DNA of 64,000 nucleotides, from assembly GCA_051362555.1 (NCBI GenBank), contig CM120640.1, positions 59,560,788-59,624,787 of the forward strand, written 5' to 3'. The position numbers were made by a program, and so were the translations under genes. Below are positions 1-13,796 of this stretch, one piece after another. The stretch comes from Lingula anatina (taxonomy: Eukaryota; Animalia; Brachiopoda). Below the pieces are notes generated by a model. That model did no database searches. It was not told where the DNA came from and saw nothing but the letters and a program-made list of their open reading frames with translations. Every line of letters begins with the position of its first letter. The stretch's first letter is position 1.

Positions 1-701
1 GACAACTATGTCCATATTTTTTTATATCTGTTGTTCTTTGCCACTGTTTTCTCTAGGTACCTGTGTATACTGTTACAGTGTGAAGATATTATAATTAGTA
101 GTAGTGTTATTCGGAACATCTGAGAATAGGGCATTTATGTTCCATATGGGTTCTTTTTATATCAGGTTTACATGGATGACACAAGCAGAGACTTGTAAAA
201 AATACATCATTGTTAAATTATGTAAAATGTTTCTAAAATTAATTAGTTCTTGGAAGATTTTTGTGTGGTTTAGTGTTAAAGATCATCTGGTCTTCAGATC
301 AGCAGTAGTGTCATTTCTTTCAAAAACCACTTGATGAACTTATGATATGGTCAATCAAGTCTTGAAATTTCTTTGGTCAATATCTTAGGACCCATACAGA
401 ATGAGTAAGGTCGCAATAGGGAGTGTGCACTAAATCCATTGGCGACTCTTGCTGCATGCCATCCGATTTTAATGTTAAAACAGAGGAGCAGGCCTCCTCC
501 TGGCTTGGAGTAGAATCCAGAGAAACAGGTGATTATAGGAGTATGTTGGAAGTGTGTTAGTCTGTTAATCTGATTGCATTCAGCGAGAGTCCTCATGGGG
601 TTAGTGCACTTTAGATAATGAGACCTAACTCATTCAGAATGGCCCCTTAGGCCCCTTGGCCCCACAGAGATCCGTCATTGTGCTTCTTATTTTTTCCACA
701 G

Positions 702-3700
702 GCAAAAGATTCTCAAGTGCCTCACATCCTGTGTGCAGTAGAAAAACAAAGGGAGAAAAGGTATCCAACACGGGTTGATCTCAATCACTTCACTGCTCCA
801 AACTTCATAGGGTTGTTTGTGGGGGAGAAGTGTGCAGCAGTTCTCAGGAATCTCGTGGCAGAATTTGCAGAAGATGTTCACAAATCAGGTGAGAAATTTT
901 GCATAAGGTATGACAAAGATGACTTGATCATGGTATTTTATATGTAAAAGTTGTAGGCTCACATTTCATGGTCTAACAGCACACATAACCAGCCTACTGA
1001 GATTTTGTCCCATGGTAAGGATATCCAACTTGATTACAGTCGCATCTTAATAGTTACCGGTAGAATATCATGTTCAGTTGTTTTAAGTTTGAATTAAAAG
1101 TTGACGTAAACCATGATCAAAAAGAAGTGTGTATTGCAGTTTATCCTTACCTGTGCCAAAAGAAATTACTCCAAGATGGACAGTAAAATTATTGCAATTT
1201 TGAACTTAAACTCAACATTAATAGGTGTTCAGATGGAGGCCCACCAAAAACAGCTTCACGTCACCCTTGCTTACCAGTATTCCCCTGAACAACATGCACT
1301 CCTGGAGAAACTGTCCAAGAGCATCAAACTGGACACGCCCACTCGCTGGGACCTCCGACTTTATTCCAGGGATGCTAGAGCTCATGGGACAGAGGTGATA
1401 CTCTTATTTGTGTGACCACTTACTGAACTTGATTATTATTATTATTTTTTTTATTTTGCTTATCTTAATAATATATATTCATTTGCTGTACAGTTAAGAT
1501 ACTTGAGCAAGGTTTTTATCTATGAAACCTGCACATTTAACTTAAAACCTGAAATGTGTGTAAACTGTGCATATATGTTTTGAGTTACCACATATAGTGC
1601 ATGTATAAAATAATTTAATGTGTACAAAAATATCGAAATTACTGAACACTGGGCAAATAGATTAAAGTTTTAAAGTGATATTCTAAATTATTCTTAAGTG
1701 ACAGACAGTTATGCTACATGTAAAATTATATTTGTAAGAGTAAAATCTGCTATATCATAGATTGCACAAGCATTTGTCATTTTCACTTTACAGTTGTGGT
1801 TCCCCTTCCAATTGTGATTGGTAAAGACTCACTGAATACCAGATATTTTCTTTTTTCAACAATTAACCTGCATGTTCTTCACAGGTACGCCGTGTACTAT
1901 ATGCCTACCAAGCACGACAAGATGATGAGCTGGATCTGATTCTTGGTGACTTCATCTACATGAGTCCACTAGATACAGGAGATCCTGAGTGGAGACAGGG
2001 AGTGTCATGGCTGACTGGTTGTAGTGGAAAATTTCCTCTCAATCACACCAGCAGATCCCCAGAATCGAAGACATGGACACTGCATAAGTAAGTAGTAAGG
2101 GTGCACCTGCTAATGATAATGGTTTATTTATTTATTTTGTAAAATACAAAATGATTTCAGCTGGGTGTAAAAAGAGATTTCACACAATGTGTCTTGTTTA
2201 ATGTCTCACAGAAAAAATAAATTAACCGAACTTGTAATGTTCATGACTTGCAGAATTGACTTAATAGTATATCTTTTTCCATATTAATTCAATGAAAGAA
2301 GTAGATTGGCTGAAGAAAAATTTAACTGGAAACTTCTTTATTTTGAAGGTCTGGAGCTATCTTGTCAACCACACACTAAAACTTGCTTTCTACATATTTC
2401 TTTACAATTATAATACATGAACAAAGTTTTTTTTTTATCCACACAGTATACAAATTCAACTGAAAACCTGAATCATGTACTAATTACATGCTTCATTTTG
2501 ATATCATTTATTTTCTAGATAATTGAAAAATCGAAACAATTTTGCGACAAAAAATTGTCAGGGATGATTTTTGTATTTTTTGCGCACTGGAATACTGTTT
2601 CAAGTATTTGGAGTTTGCTATTTTTCGTTTTTGTTTTTTAATGGTCATACTGTATGGCTTATCCTCTGCCAATCAGTCTGATTGAAAGCATCATCCAATT
2701 CTGTTGACAGTGATATCTGTGCATTCAGACACACACACACACACACACACATACACACACACACACACACATTTGTATATGATAGCATTTTTTTCGGGTA
2801 GCAATAATTGTGTGTTTGGTTACTGATGTATACAATTTGCGGTTATTTTAACAAAAAGCTGAATTGATTTTGGTTTTAGGTCTGTAGAAGTTATATCAAA
2901 GCAGCAACCAACATCAGCCTCTGGTGAGCACCATGTGGTAGCTGAGGGTTCTAAAGATGTTCTCTATGCTAAGGTCTGTTTAAAAAGCATGGTCACAGAA
3001 TATATAGATCAAGTTTAAATGAATCTGGCATGGAACTTATATAATGTAAATTGCTTTTTTCTCCAAAATTACTTTATATTAAATGACCACATTGAATACT
3101 GAGATAACATCAAATCACATAGAGTCAGCAGCATGTTTTTCTTTTATAATTCCTTATAAAACTTTGTTACTTCAGAATATAAAATATGTGAATACACTAA
3201 ATAGAAAAGTTTTTGATTTTGAAAATAGAACAACTGGAATGTGTTTTGCTGTCTTCCTCTACATTTAGAGGAAATGAAATTATGAAACAAACCAAAGAAC
3301 TTTGAATTCAGATATACTAGAGCCTTAATTTATGTTATGCAGTTAATGTAGTTAGATCGTCCGGTACTGTTAAAAGCCTAACACAGGTGTAATTAAAAAC
3401 CATTGCGAGACACACACACAAAATTGTACATGCTGACATCTCCATAAAAGTGATTTAGGATATCTCAGTTATAGTTATTAAAGAAATTTAAAACATAAAA
3501 TAAATTTACTCCTAATATGTTTTGAGTTTTTTTAAACTGGATCTGTACAAGAATCTGGTCTTTTGAGATATGGCAATATACTTAAATATATGTCTTAAAG
3601 ACTTATTGTGTCAATGACAGGTTGAGTTTTAGCAAGATACACAATAGATTTGACTTTTTTCAGTCACATTTGTTGGGCAGAACTGCACCATTGGAGTTAG

Positions 3701-5491
3701 GTTTTAATGAAATACTTATTAATATATAAAGCAATGTTAGAATAAAATTACAATTTTATCTTAAAGTCTTTATTTGATAGCTTTCTTTACTCAGAACTAC
3801 CAGTATTGTACTCAGAATGAAAAAATTGAATTGACCCTTCCATTTTTTTCTTTGAGTTTGGTCATTTAATCCCATTTTAGGTATAAACCAGGGCTTTTGC
3901 CCAATTTTGTTTTGTTTTTCTCATAACTGTTGCATAGCAATCGCACCTTTACCTGTAAATACAGTGTAGCTTATACTGATAACATATGCATGGAATTCTC
4001 TCTTTACAACTATTCAGGTGAAATAAACACATCTAAACATTTTAGTTCAACAGTTGTCTAAGAAATATTTATAAAGTAACATTCAATCTCAAATGACTTG
4101 TGATCAAATGTAGCCATGACCATGCACAGATACATGTACATCATATGGTAATGGCCTTGAGTATTGAATAATCTTGATAGTATAGTGCAATATAATGTGT
4201 GCACTTTGCACTCCGTCTGGCACATTTCTCTGCATGCTTGATCTGGTGATTTTGGTGCCTGTGAAGTACAGACTGCTCTATTATTTAACTCCTTAGAGAG
4301 AGGTGAATCCTGGCCCATCAGCTTTAGTTTGGATGGTACAATGTAGTTAAGATATTATCTCTACTTGTTGTCATAGAAGTCTTTTGTAGTAACTTTACTT
4401 TTCTGAAATTGCTGTTAATATTTATGACTAACTTTTTTAATTTCAATTTTAATTAAACCACAGAGATGCATATGCATTTCATGTCCAATACTGGTTATAT
4501 ATAAGTAGTGACCCTTACTATTTCATACACAACTTACTGTACTTATAGTAAAGTATAAGGCTTCAGTTACCATTAGTCTTTCCATGTGAGCTATTGCATT
4601 TAGTTGTGTGCTTTTTCTGTTGCTTAAAAATCTGCGTAGAACAGGTTTGATAACATGCTATTTAAGGTCTGTTATAGAACATGTATGGGTTGTAAAGAGG
4701 ACTTACTCTTAGCTGTTTGCAGTTATGACATTTTTCAGTTTAACCCCAAATAATGCTACTGTATCCAGTACATTCAACCATTTAACAGATGCTACGTTTG
4801 AATTTTCCCTATTTTGCAGTAAACTATAGTCACAAAAGAAATGCTTAGTATTCATGACAAGTTAACTTCAGTCTTCTGGTTATTTTAAAATTTAGGTTCA
4901 GAAGCATCCACCACCTCGTGTTTTGATAGTTGTTCGTCATGGAGAGAGAATGGACCAAAACTTTGGTTACAGTTGGATGGATGGGTGTTATAATGGAGGT
5001 GAAATGGTTGTGTTTATTTTGATATGATATTGGAAGATCTGTAAATATTTGTTAATTTGTCCTTTAAGCAATTTGATTTGCCATTTATATTGGAGTTGTG
5101 CGTGTAGTTAATGACCAGAAAGAACACATCTTTTAAGCAACTTCTCATGCAGCAAAAACATTTCGTTAGGAATGCTGAGACATTGAAACTCATTTTTGAA
5201 GATGTTCTTTAAATGTATGCAAATAACTTGAGTGTTCAATGTTTATTTTATTAATTTAATATTTATTTTTGTAGGTGTGTATGTCCGTAAAGACCTGAAC
5301 ATGCCTAAAACTATTCCAGTACGGAAAGGTGGCCCCATGGATTACCAGAAAGATTGCCCACTGACAGTGATAGGGACAGTGCAAGCTAAAATGACAGGTA
5401 CATAAGACAAAATGTACATGTGCAGGTGTCAGTTTAAGAAAAAAGCTTTGACATCTTTTTTTATATCTTACCATAATAGTTTGAAAACATG

Positions 5492-5553
<62 letters not shown>

Positions 5554-7885
5554 CATTAATAGAGTGGAAACAAGTATTTGAATGCCACCCAGGATGAAAG
5601 CTGTAAGCTTATGAAAGCTTTTTGTAGCCAGTTGAGTTGATCAAAAAATATCTAAAATGGTTAAGTAATCATTATTTAAATTATCTAAAGGCATATGAGA
5701 ATGACCTGCCTCTGAATGAAAAGGGCACATGAATTATTCCATGTAGCAAATTTTAATCAAATGGAAAAAAAAGAAAAAAGAACTGACACAAAAGTTACCC
5801 GCATAAGCAAAAAGCAGTTCATTTGATTGTATTTGATGTATGATCAATATTTATATTCTTCCAGGTGAGGCTTTGAAGGAACAAGGAGTAACATTCTCAC
5901 ATGTATATGCATCGCCTTCCTTCAGATGTGTTCAGACTGCACACTACCTGTTAAAAGGTGATTATGTCCATTTTTTTCTTTAAAAAAGATGAAAATGTCA
6001 CATATTATACAATTATCAGTTCAACGCATAATAAATTTTTGTTAAGTATTAAAAAAGATATCAAAAATTAGTAATTGTCTAAACTTGGTAAGATTTTTTG
6101 ACTGTTTATTCTGTGCCTAAGGCTCTATTCCCATAGATTTTAGATCGATCTATCCCTGCAGGGAGTCTCACTAGATTACTTTCAGATAATCCGACTTAAA
6201 TGTCCGTCCCGCCTACTACAAGCTGTAAGGGGGTAATTAACTTTTGTGTCCGCCCGGCTGACAGCTATTTAGCGTGAACCCCCAGGGAGTTAGGTCGATC
6301 TAATCTATGGAAATGGGGTGTTATATTTAAGTTCTGCTTCCTTTTCTCTTAGGTTTAGGGCAGGACTGTGTCATCAGAGTAGAAGATGGTCTGTTTGAGT
6401 GGTGTGGCTGGTACAAACCAGGGATGCCTGTGTGGTTTACTCCAGCTGAATTACGGCAGAATGGGTACAATGTAGACTCCCAATATAGCCCCCATTATCC
6501 AGCCAAAAAATTGACTCCAGATGAGAGCATAGATGACTACTACCAGAGGTGCTACCATGTTACCAAGACCATGCTAAAAAGTCATGAAAAAGAAGGTATA
6601 CTGTTTAAAAAATTTAAATCCTCTTTCTTGTTTTTTTTTTTTTTTTTTTTTTTTTTTTGACAGATATTGTAAAGATATTGGTCAAAGTACTCAATTTTAG
6701 TGATGTTTGAAGGTCAAGCAGCCAGATGTTACATATTAATTTTTCAGTTATCATTTAGATAATTAAAATCTGAAAACAAAGATAAAAAGAAAAACAAAAA
6801 AGACATATATCAGTTCTTCAATTTGTTCATTCATCTTGAATTTAATTGTGAAAATGCAATAAAGACAGAGGAAGAGATAAATTATAGAAGATGAATTTAA
6901 AAAATGTTTCCCATCTGAATACAAATCATTTAAAATGTGAAGAAAGGGGAGGGGGCAAGCAGGAGGGGGAGATGAAATATTCTATTGTTCCTGATACTAT
7001 AAAAACCATATTCATAAGTGACATGTTTATGACACCTGCATCTTGCTCCTTCATCTGCATAGATGTCCTCTATCTGCTGAATAGACAGCATGAGCCAGAC
7101 ACCCCTGCCTGCTGATTTTATTTTTCTCATCTAGCTATTTGTGGTTACCCATTATCATTTGAAAACTGTTAAGACATACAGTGGGGGAATGGCTGTTAGT
7201 TATCATAGACCACCAGACAGCATTATGATTTGATTGCTCAGTTTAGCCCCTGACCATCAAATATATATTAACTTTAGTGCATATAATATCAGTTTCAATA
7301 TGCAAAAACAATGTTTTTTTGTGGTTAGTACATGTTCATTTTTTCTCAATTTAAATAACTTGTATAGATTTAGTTATGGTTTCATGTCATGACCTTACTA
7401 TTTCTATCTTCCTTCTGAATTTAACAAGCATGTATCTCTGTGTAATAGATCAACCTAACATATCGGGATATTTTCTGCACCTATTAATATGCAGGATTTA
7501 TGGAATCTTATCATCAGATATTTTCTTAGAAAACCTTTACCTGTACCTGTTGTAACTGGTTTTAAAGCAGAAACTTAATGGGGGGGGGGGGGTCTTGGTG
7601 GTATGAGCCAAATTAAACACATTTAAAATGTATTGTAATATATTCAGTTTATGATCCTAAGCAAAACTGATCTTTTTCCTTTAGCTTGTGCTGTAAATAA
7701 TGGGCAAACTGGCGCATTCAATAATTACTGCTTCAAATAACAAGACTGGGAAAACAATGGAGTGTTTTATTTTATTTTCTAAAATTGATCTCCAAAACCT
7801 TTCATGCAACTGTTATTTTCTCAACGGATTCCTGTTAAATATGTCTTGGTATTATTGCGGACATTTGGGAAATTTCAGGGAAAAT

Positions 7886-7920
<35 letters not shown>

Positions 7921-9620
7921 ATAAAAGTGTATATCTACACAGCCCAGACCCTCTTTAAGGTTATAAATATGTGTGAATCTCTTTGGCAAGCTACAATAGA
8001 AATGAAAAATGGCAGTCACTTAGGGTGAATTGAAGATGATCTGATGGTCAAATTCGTCAGCAGGTGTATTGAGAGATATTTTAAAAAACTTGGTCCTTAT
8101 TGCATTCTTTTTATTAGAGTCCAAGTTAAATACCAATAAAACGTTTCCACATATTCCAGATTGTTTGTTTGGAACTTGTTTCAATATAACATGTAATCAA
8201 TACACAGCAGTGGTAATATTTTGGTGCACATTTTGAACAACTCTTAAATCTTTGAACCTAATAGTTTTGCATTCATGTTGCATGAATTCTGTGTGATAAC
8301 ATGAAACTGTACCCTCTGTTTTATTCATCAGTTCATTTCTCCTTTTTTACAAATTTGTGTGCATTGCATTTGCCGTTTGTTTCAGGTAATGTTCTCATAG
8401 TGGCTCATGCCGCCTCCCTGGACGTGTGTACTCGTCAGCTTGTGGGTGGGCAGTCAAGAGAATCTGGTCCCTTTCACACCATTGTGAGACAGGTGCCCTA
8501 CCTCGGTCTGTGTGCATGTCAGACGAATAAAGACGGAAAGTGGGAGATTGTCCCCCCACCTACTCCTACTCTTGCTCATGGGGGCACACACAGTTTTAAC
8601 TGGAAATGCCTTTTGGGTCAATAAAGCTGGACTGACTGGTAGTTGTTTTTGTTGTTTACAACAGGTGCCTCCTCCTGCTTTCCCTCCACTACTTAATAAT
8701 AAATTACCAGAACACATACAGCTAATATGCTAGTGTTCTCTTTAGAGTCTCAGTGATTGATGAGTTCTGTAACATATATATCCACACAAAAGTATCTGAG
8801 CCTATTTAGTTATTCAACCCTATGAGCAGGTGCTATATCCTTTTTTCTCCGTCTTCTTTTTGAAAGTTTTACTTCAAATTTACTGGATGTGCTTGTTTGG
8901 TAATCTCTATGTATGGATATAAGTTTGCAATTATTTTTGTGATATGGTAAGTTAACTATTATGTTTGTGTTATTCTACTCAAGTGTTATATATTACATTA
9001 ATATGAAGTTGTAATGATGGTACACATACATGTACTTACTTAGCAGCAGGCATGGATCCAGCTTTTTAAAATGTTATTCTATGGTTTCTTAATACTTAGA
9101 ACAATGACATGATTGCTGATGGCAGGAACAGTGCATCCATGATTGTGATGAAGGGTTCCTGGTTAGAGGTAATGCAGTCAAGAGACTGTCTAAAACTCAA
9201 GATTGCGGTCAGTAATCATCCAAGCAGCAGAAGGCATATTGGTCAATATTGGTTTTGAACTGATGGATGGAAACACCTCTCTTTCTTCCTCTCTTCACTT
9301 TTGTTAGGCTCAGTTTACATGATAAACAAAACAATTGTGGCAAGTTCTTTCCATATGTTCACTCTCAATTTTTAGGTGGTAATATATTAATTGTGGGTCA
9401 TGCAGGGACAGCTGAAGTGTGTACTCGCCAGCTGACAGGGCACTACCCACGCCCTAAGAAGGCCTTCCTAGCCATTGCCAAGCAGATGCCCTTCTGCGGC
9501 ATATGCTTCTGTGAAGAAACTCTGCAGGGGAAATTTCGAAAGTGGTGCATTCAGGAGCCCCCTGTCCCCATTCTCAGGCATGGACACAATATTGAGTATA
9601 ACTGGAAGATGTTGTTATGA
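702..9620 (+). CDS. UBASH3B: UBASH3/Sts-family protein (2H phosphoesterase, SH3, histidine phosphatase; ecdysteroid-phosphate phosphatase-like). 5' UBA exons lie upstream of the window.
   Basis: Phase-consistent GT-AG exons: 702-888, 1225-1394 (HVTLAY, 2H motif), 1885-2087 (SH3: [22 protein letters not shown]...[14 protein letters not shown]), 2880-2973, 4896-4998 (VVRHGERMD, the RHGE catalytic motif), 5275-5397 (DCPLT), 5865-5957 ([10 protein letters not shown]), 6353-6595 (GLFEW), then 8386-8624 or 9376-9620. The symbol denotes the family (co-ortholog of UBASH3A/B). Confidence 0.93.
2729..2770. repeat. (CA)n microsatellite
   Basis: Directly visible dinucleotide run with one interruption. 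Confidence 0.95.
5494..5551. repeat. (GT)n microsatellite
   Basis: Directly visible; produces the spurious VCVCVC ORF. Confidence 0.95.
6121..6320. mobile_element. ~200-bp MITE, PIF/Harbinger-like, in UBASH3 intron
   Basis: Imperfect terminal inverted repeats (TTCCCATAGATTTTAGATCGA ... TCGATCTAATCTATGGAAA) flanked by TAA/TTA. A second copy lies in opposite orientation at 47595-47820. Confidence 0.75.
8386..8624 (+). CDS. UBASH3 alternative terminal exon A (C-terminal part of phosphatase domain)
   Basis: Acceptor tttgtttcag at 8385, phase 1 matching the donor at 6595. Encodes [19 protein letters not shown]...VPYLGLC...KW...LAHG...FNWK. AATAAA overlaps the stop and recurs at ~8697. Confidence 0.9.
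9376..9620 (+). CDS. UBASH3 alternative terminal exon B (paralogous to exon A)
   Basis: Acceptor aatttttag at 9375, same phase 1. Encodes [20 protein letters not shown]...MPFCGIC...KW...LRHG...YNWK. Intact frame; downstream AATAAA at ~10272 and ~10646. Confidence 0.85.
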
Positions 9621-9757
9621 TAAAAGGGAAATACAAGCCAAACAAAGGTCTAAGACTGGTCATCTGGTCATAAATCACATGTAGAAACAGTTAAAGAGTT
9701 CTAAATATTCATGCACTTGTAGCTAACTAGTAATCAGGGACATTTGCATTGGTCAAC

Positions 9758-9762
<5 letters not shown>

Positions 9763-9806
<44 letters not shown>
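9763..9806. repeat. (TA)n microsatellite in UBASH3 3' region
   Basis: Directly visible. Confidence 0.95.
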
Positions 9807-9808
<2 letters not shown>

Positions 9809-12800
9809 TATGGTCTGACTGTGTTGGTTATACTGTATTGCTTGGACAACCCATTTTTATTGTATTTAAAGTTAGAACTCGCACATAGTTTGTGACAAGA
9901 TGTATTTTTGGCATATGTTTTGCCTTTGTTGAAAGTATGTAGTACATGTAGGTAGTATATTGTGGCTGTGCCATGAATTAAGGATCTTTACTTTTGCAGC
10001 TGCTGGTTTGTTTCAGCTTGCATTCTCTAAAAGCTTATGTTTTATTCAGTTGCACCGATTCTAATAATGAAAAAAATTAAGAATCTACTGTTTAAATATC
10101 CTTTTCAAAGTTACACAAGTGTGTAGGTTAAAAAAAAGCATCAGAGTCCCATTCTGTCATTTCTGACAATTAGTTTATTCAATATGCTAACATCGAAATA
10201 CTCAAGTAAACTGACCTCAGTAAAAATACATAGCTATGTATAAGTTTATTTACATAGCTATAGATAAGTTGAATAAAGGTATCACAATATTTGAGTAAAA
10301 TTTTATGTTGTTACTTTCTATATTTTTGAGTTAAAAACCTCGCCAACTAGGGAAAGTTTGCTTCCCAATCCTGCATTAAAGAGATATTAAATTACAATAT
10401 ATAGTATTGGATTTTCCTGTGTACTGCAAACATGAGTAAGTTGAAGGGTATGTGCATGTGGATTTAATTCAAATGTCACGTAAGTAAATGGATCATTATC
10501 AGGCTTTGGATAATAATGAAAAGAAATTCCCCAAAGAAAAAAAAGACAAAATATCATGCATCCTGACAAGTGTCACTGAAAAAATATATGCATAACACCC
10601 CTACTGTATTGAAATCTGATATAAGCTTCAAAAGTATGGAACGTCAATAAAAACAACGGAAAAAGCCTGGAAGAGACTTTTTTTAAAATTTTTTGAGAAG
10701 ATTAACAAAAAAGTTGTTCTTTGTTGAACTAGATATTTTGCAATCAGAACCATCTGAAGTCTGTAAAATGTAAAGCTTCAGTTTCCATTTTCTCATTACG
10801 AACACACGATTCACGTGCCCTGCTAATTAAGTACTTTGATCTCATTTCAACCCTACGCTTTTATACTGCAGGATGGTAAACTGACAGAACTAAACGTCTC
10901 AGTGATGTTCTGGATGAGGCATATGTGTGTAGGGTGGAAGATTATCATTAATGAAAACATCAGTATCCTAAATGTAGTGAGAACACACAGAAAATTTAAA
11001 AAAATTAAGAATAACGCAGTGAAACAACGAATATAGAAAGAAGTCTTTTTTTGGGGGGGTTATGATTTAATAGGTCCAAAGTACCGGTAAGGGTGTCTGC
11101 CAACCAACGGCGATACTGTACTGCATGTTTCTGGAGACACAGAACTGTAGAAAAAACGAGAGGTTCAATATACCGAAATCATTCGCCATGTGGTGTTAGT
11201 CATTTTTAGGATGTTATTTTGTTTTGCATTATATCCTAGATAAATTTCTCTTGGTAGGCGCTAAGTGCTGGTATGTGTGGGATTTATCTTGTTAAAACAA
11301 TCACCATAACCAATTCCACCAGGCGTAGTTTACGAAGCACTTTCACTAAAAGCTCTTGCTACTGAGGGCGTTAAAACACATCTCGGCTCCACAGGTCTGG
11401 AGTGGCAAATTGTGTTTAATACTTGCACAATGGAAGATGAACGCACACAACGTGGAATAATTTGGTTCGGCGGCTTTCAAGTAGGTTGCGTGGTGAATAT
11501 AATTGAACGACAATGCCACTTGCTGATAGTCACTTATGGATTTACTTATTTATGAAGTAACTTTCCGAAACTCTCACTAAGAGACCAGCCAGTACCAGAC
11601 AAACAACTGTTACTTAATTACATACCATACATACATACATTTACTTAATATTCTCTAATGCTTACCGTCTCGTAAATGGTTGTACATAGCAATTATCTGC
11701 AGTTATTTTTACATAGAATAACAAGAAAAAAGAAAAAAAAAACATTAAGTGAATGTTCAAGATTAAAAGAAACAATATTAAGTGTTTTGATGTCGTTGAG
11801 ATCTACTGCTACCATTATATAAATAGGAATTTCACAAATCTTTTGGTTCGTCTTTGCTGGTATTGTCAATAACCAGTTGTCTTCGAGGTGGGCAAAATGT
11901 GGTAATGTAGGAATCTGGCATGTTTTTCGCCTTTTGTAATGTGCACGTGGGCAGCAGGAAATAGATGGTAATTCAAAGCCAAATTCTATGCTATCTGTGG
12001 TCTAAGATATGACTTTTTTCTTACTATTCTGAACGGTAATATGAACAGTTATGAATAGAAAGGAAAATTGCCTCTCTTTGCGGTCGTCGAGTAAATGGTA
12101 ACATGCTCAAATGACAGCTTATATAACATAAACAATTCCCAATAGAACATGTAATGCTGAAATGCATCTAATTCTCGAACATTTGGAATTTTGAGACGAA
12201 ATTCTGTGATTTCAATTCAGTTTTGACACTTTTTCCAGAGTGCTTTAAACGTCAAAATCCTTAACTCATGCATTCAAACTCTCCTATCCAAATTCCTATC
12301 CTAGTTAATTATTTGAATATTTGTCTCTCTAATTAATTTCATTACCTTCGCTCAAACACGTGATACCGTTTTTTTTTTGTTTTTTTTTACATCTGATGAT
12401 TTCTAAATGTTAAAACATGGTATATATACATGTAAGTCATACATGGCTGTTAATTCTTCATACAAAATTCACCCACTATGTCATTTTGTGAATATAAAAG
12501 TATGTAATATGGATATACTTTTTATCAAAATGCTTCTAAATGATGTACCATCATGCTTTAAAAGAAGGGTTAGTAATTTCATTTAGTACTTTGTCTCTTA
12601 AAGAATTCGTAGGAAAAGGAAGCCACATATGGGAATCTAGAATCACTTGTCATGTATTTACACATCTTTTAAATCTTTTAAAATAAAGATTAAAACTAAA
12701 AATATTTTAGCTGTTAAAAATAAGAACTGTTGGAAATGTAAAATCTGCTGGTACATGTAACAAGGGCCCAGAAAAAGGCTTCCTTCCCACTGCAGGCTGT

Positions 12801-12863
12801 TAAGTCCCGGCAGATTTACGGGTCTTACAAAGAATACAAACTGTTGATAATATTTTTAGTTAA

Positions 12864-13171
12864 TCAAACATAAACCTCCTTGTGCGTGATATATGCAGCA
12901 CTCATCATCTGGTACGCCAATTCCTGATATTCAGGTTCCCCTAATAACGCTCGACAAAAGACATCATATGCCTGCGATCCCCGGTGACGTAGGATGTCAA
13001 GGAGGAGCTCTATACGCCCATCATGGGATGACTTTTGCATTATTGATATGTAATGGGGCGTGGACACAATTCCGGCTTGGTGAAGTGCGGGGATCACCTT
13101 GGTAACCTCGACGATTGACAGGAGGTCCGTCTTATACATCTCTATCAATGACCTGTGGTGTTTATCCATGC
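12864..13171 (-). CDS. CARD (caspase recruitment domain) exon
   Basis: MDKHHRSLIEMYKTDLL...VIPALHQAGIVS...I...RIELLLDILRHRGSQAYDVFCRAL...YQELA fits the CARD six-helix pattern (LLDxLxxRGxxAxxxFCxAL). Acceptor tcatttcag lies 2 nt before the ATG. A possible donor follows GAG at 12876. Confidence 0.88.
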
Positions 13172-13796
13172 CTGAAATGACATTTATAGGTTCATTATAC
13201 TATAGTCATTAAAAGACGTATAATATGCAAATATCGAACGACTAAGAGTACAGTGAAATGTATCACTCAAAAATATTATGAAACCTACTGAATCTAGCTG
13301 CTTACTTGGGTAGATCGTATGTGAGGACTGTTATACGTTATGTGTTATTTAACCAAAAATTGCCACCCGGGGATAGTGACGGTGCATCTTCAAGTAGACT
13401 CAAGGTCAAATAAGATGTGACATATCTGAAATCAAACTTTCTTATCGCCCACTGAAGTTTTGACTAGATAAAAACCGCTTATTGCTGCAAATCAATACCG
13501 TCCTCAAATTTAATACCACGGAAGACTATCGGAAGCAGTATTACTTAAAACTGCTGTACACCATTCTATTCTGTTAAACTATAGTATTTTAGTCAACTAA
13601 AATGTATACTAGGTCGTTATGAAGAAAGGAAAGGTAAAATTCACACAAATGTTGGCATGGCTATTTGCTTTTCTAATAAAACGAATAACAGACAAAAGAC
13701 TTGGGTCGACGCGTTTTGTAATTAAACGAATTGTTTTAATTATCTTTTGATGAAACGTTTTTCTTAATCTTGTTCTATTGCTGACATAAAGATGCT

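Noticed and set aside
6631-6658. Poly-T runs giving poly-Phe ORFs (also ~7888-7917 and ~29402-29434)
   Set aside because: Homopolymer tracts in non-coding DNA, not protein.
9267-9620. Exon B as a separate second UBASH3 gene
   Set aside because: No RHGE or other upstream exons lie between 8624 and 9376, so it can only function by splicing from the shared exons.
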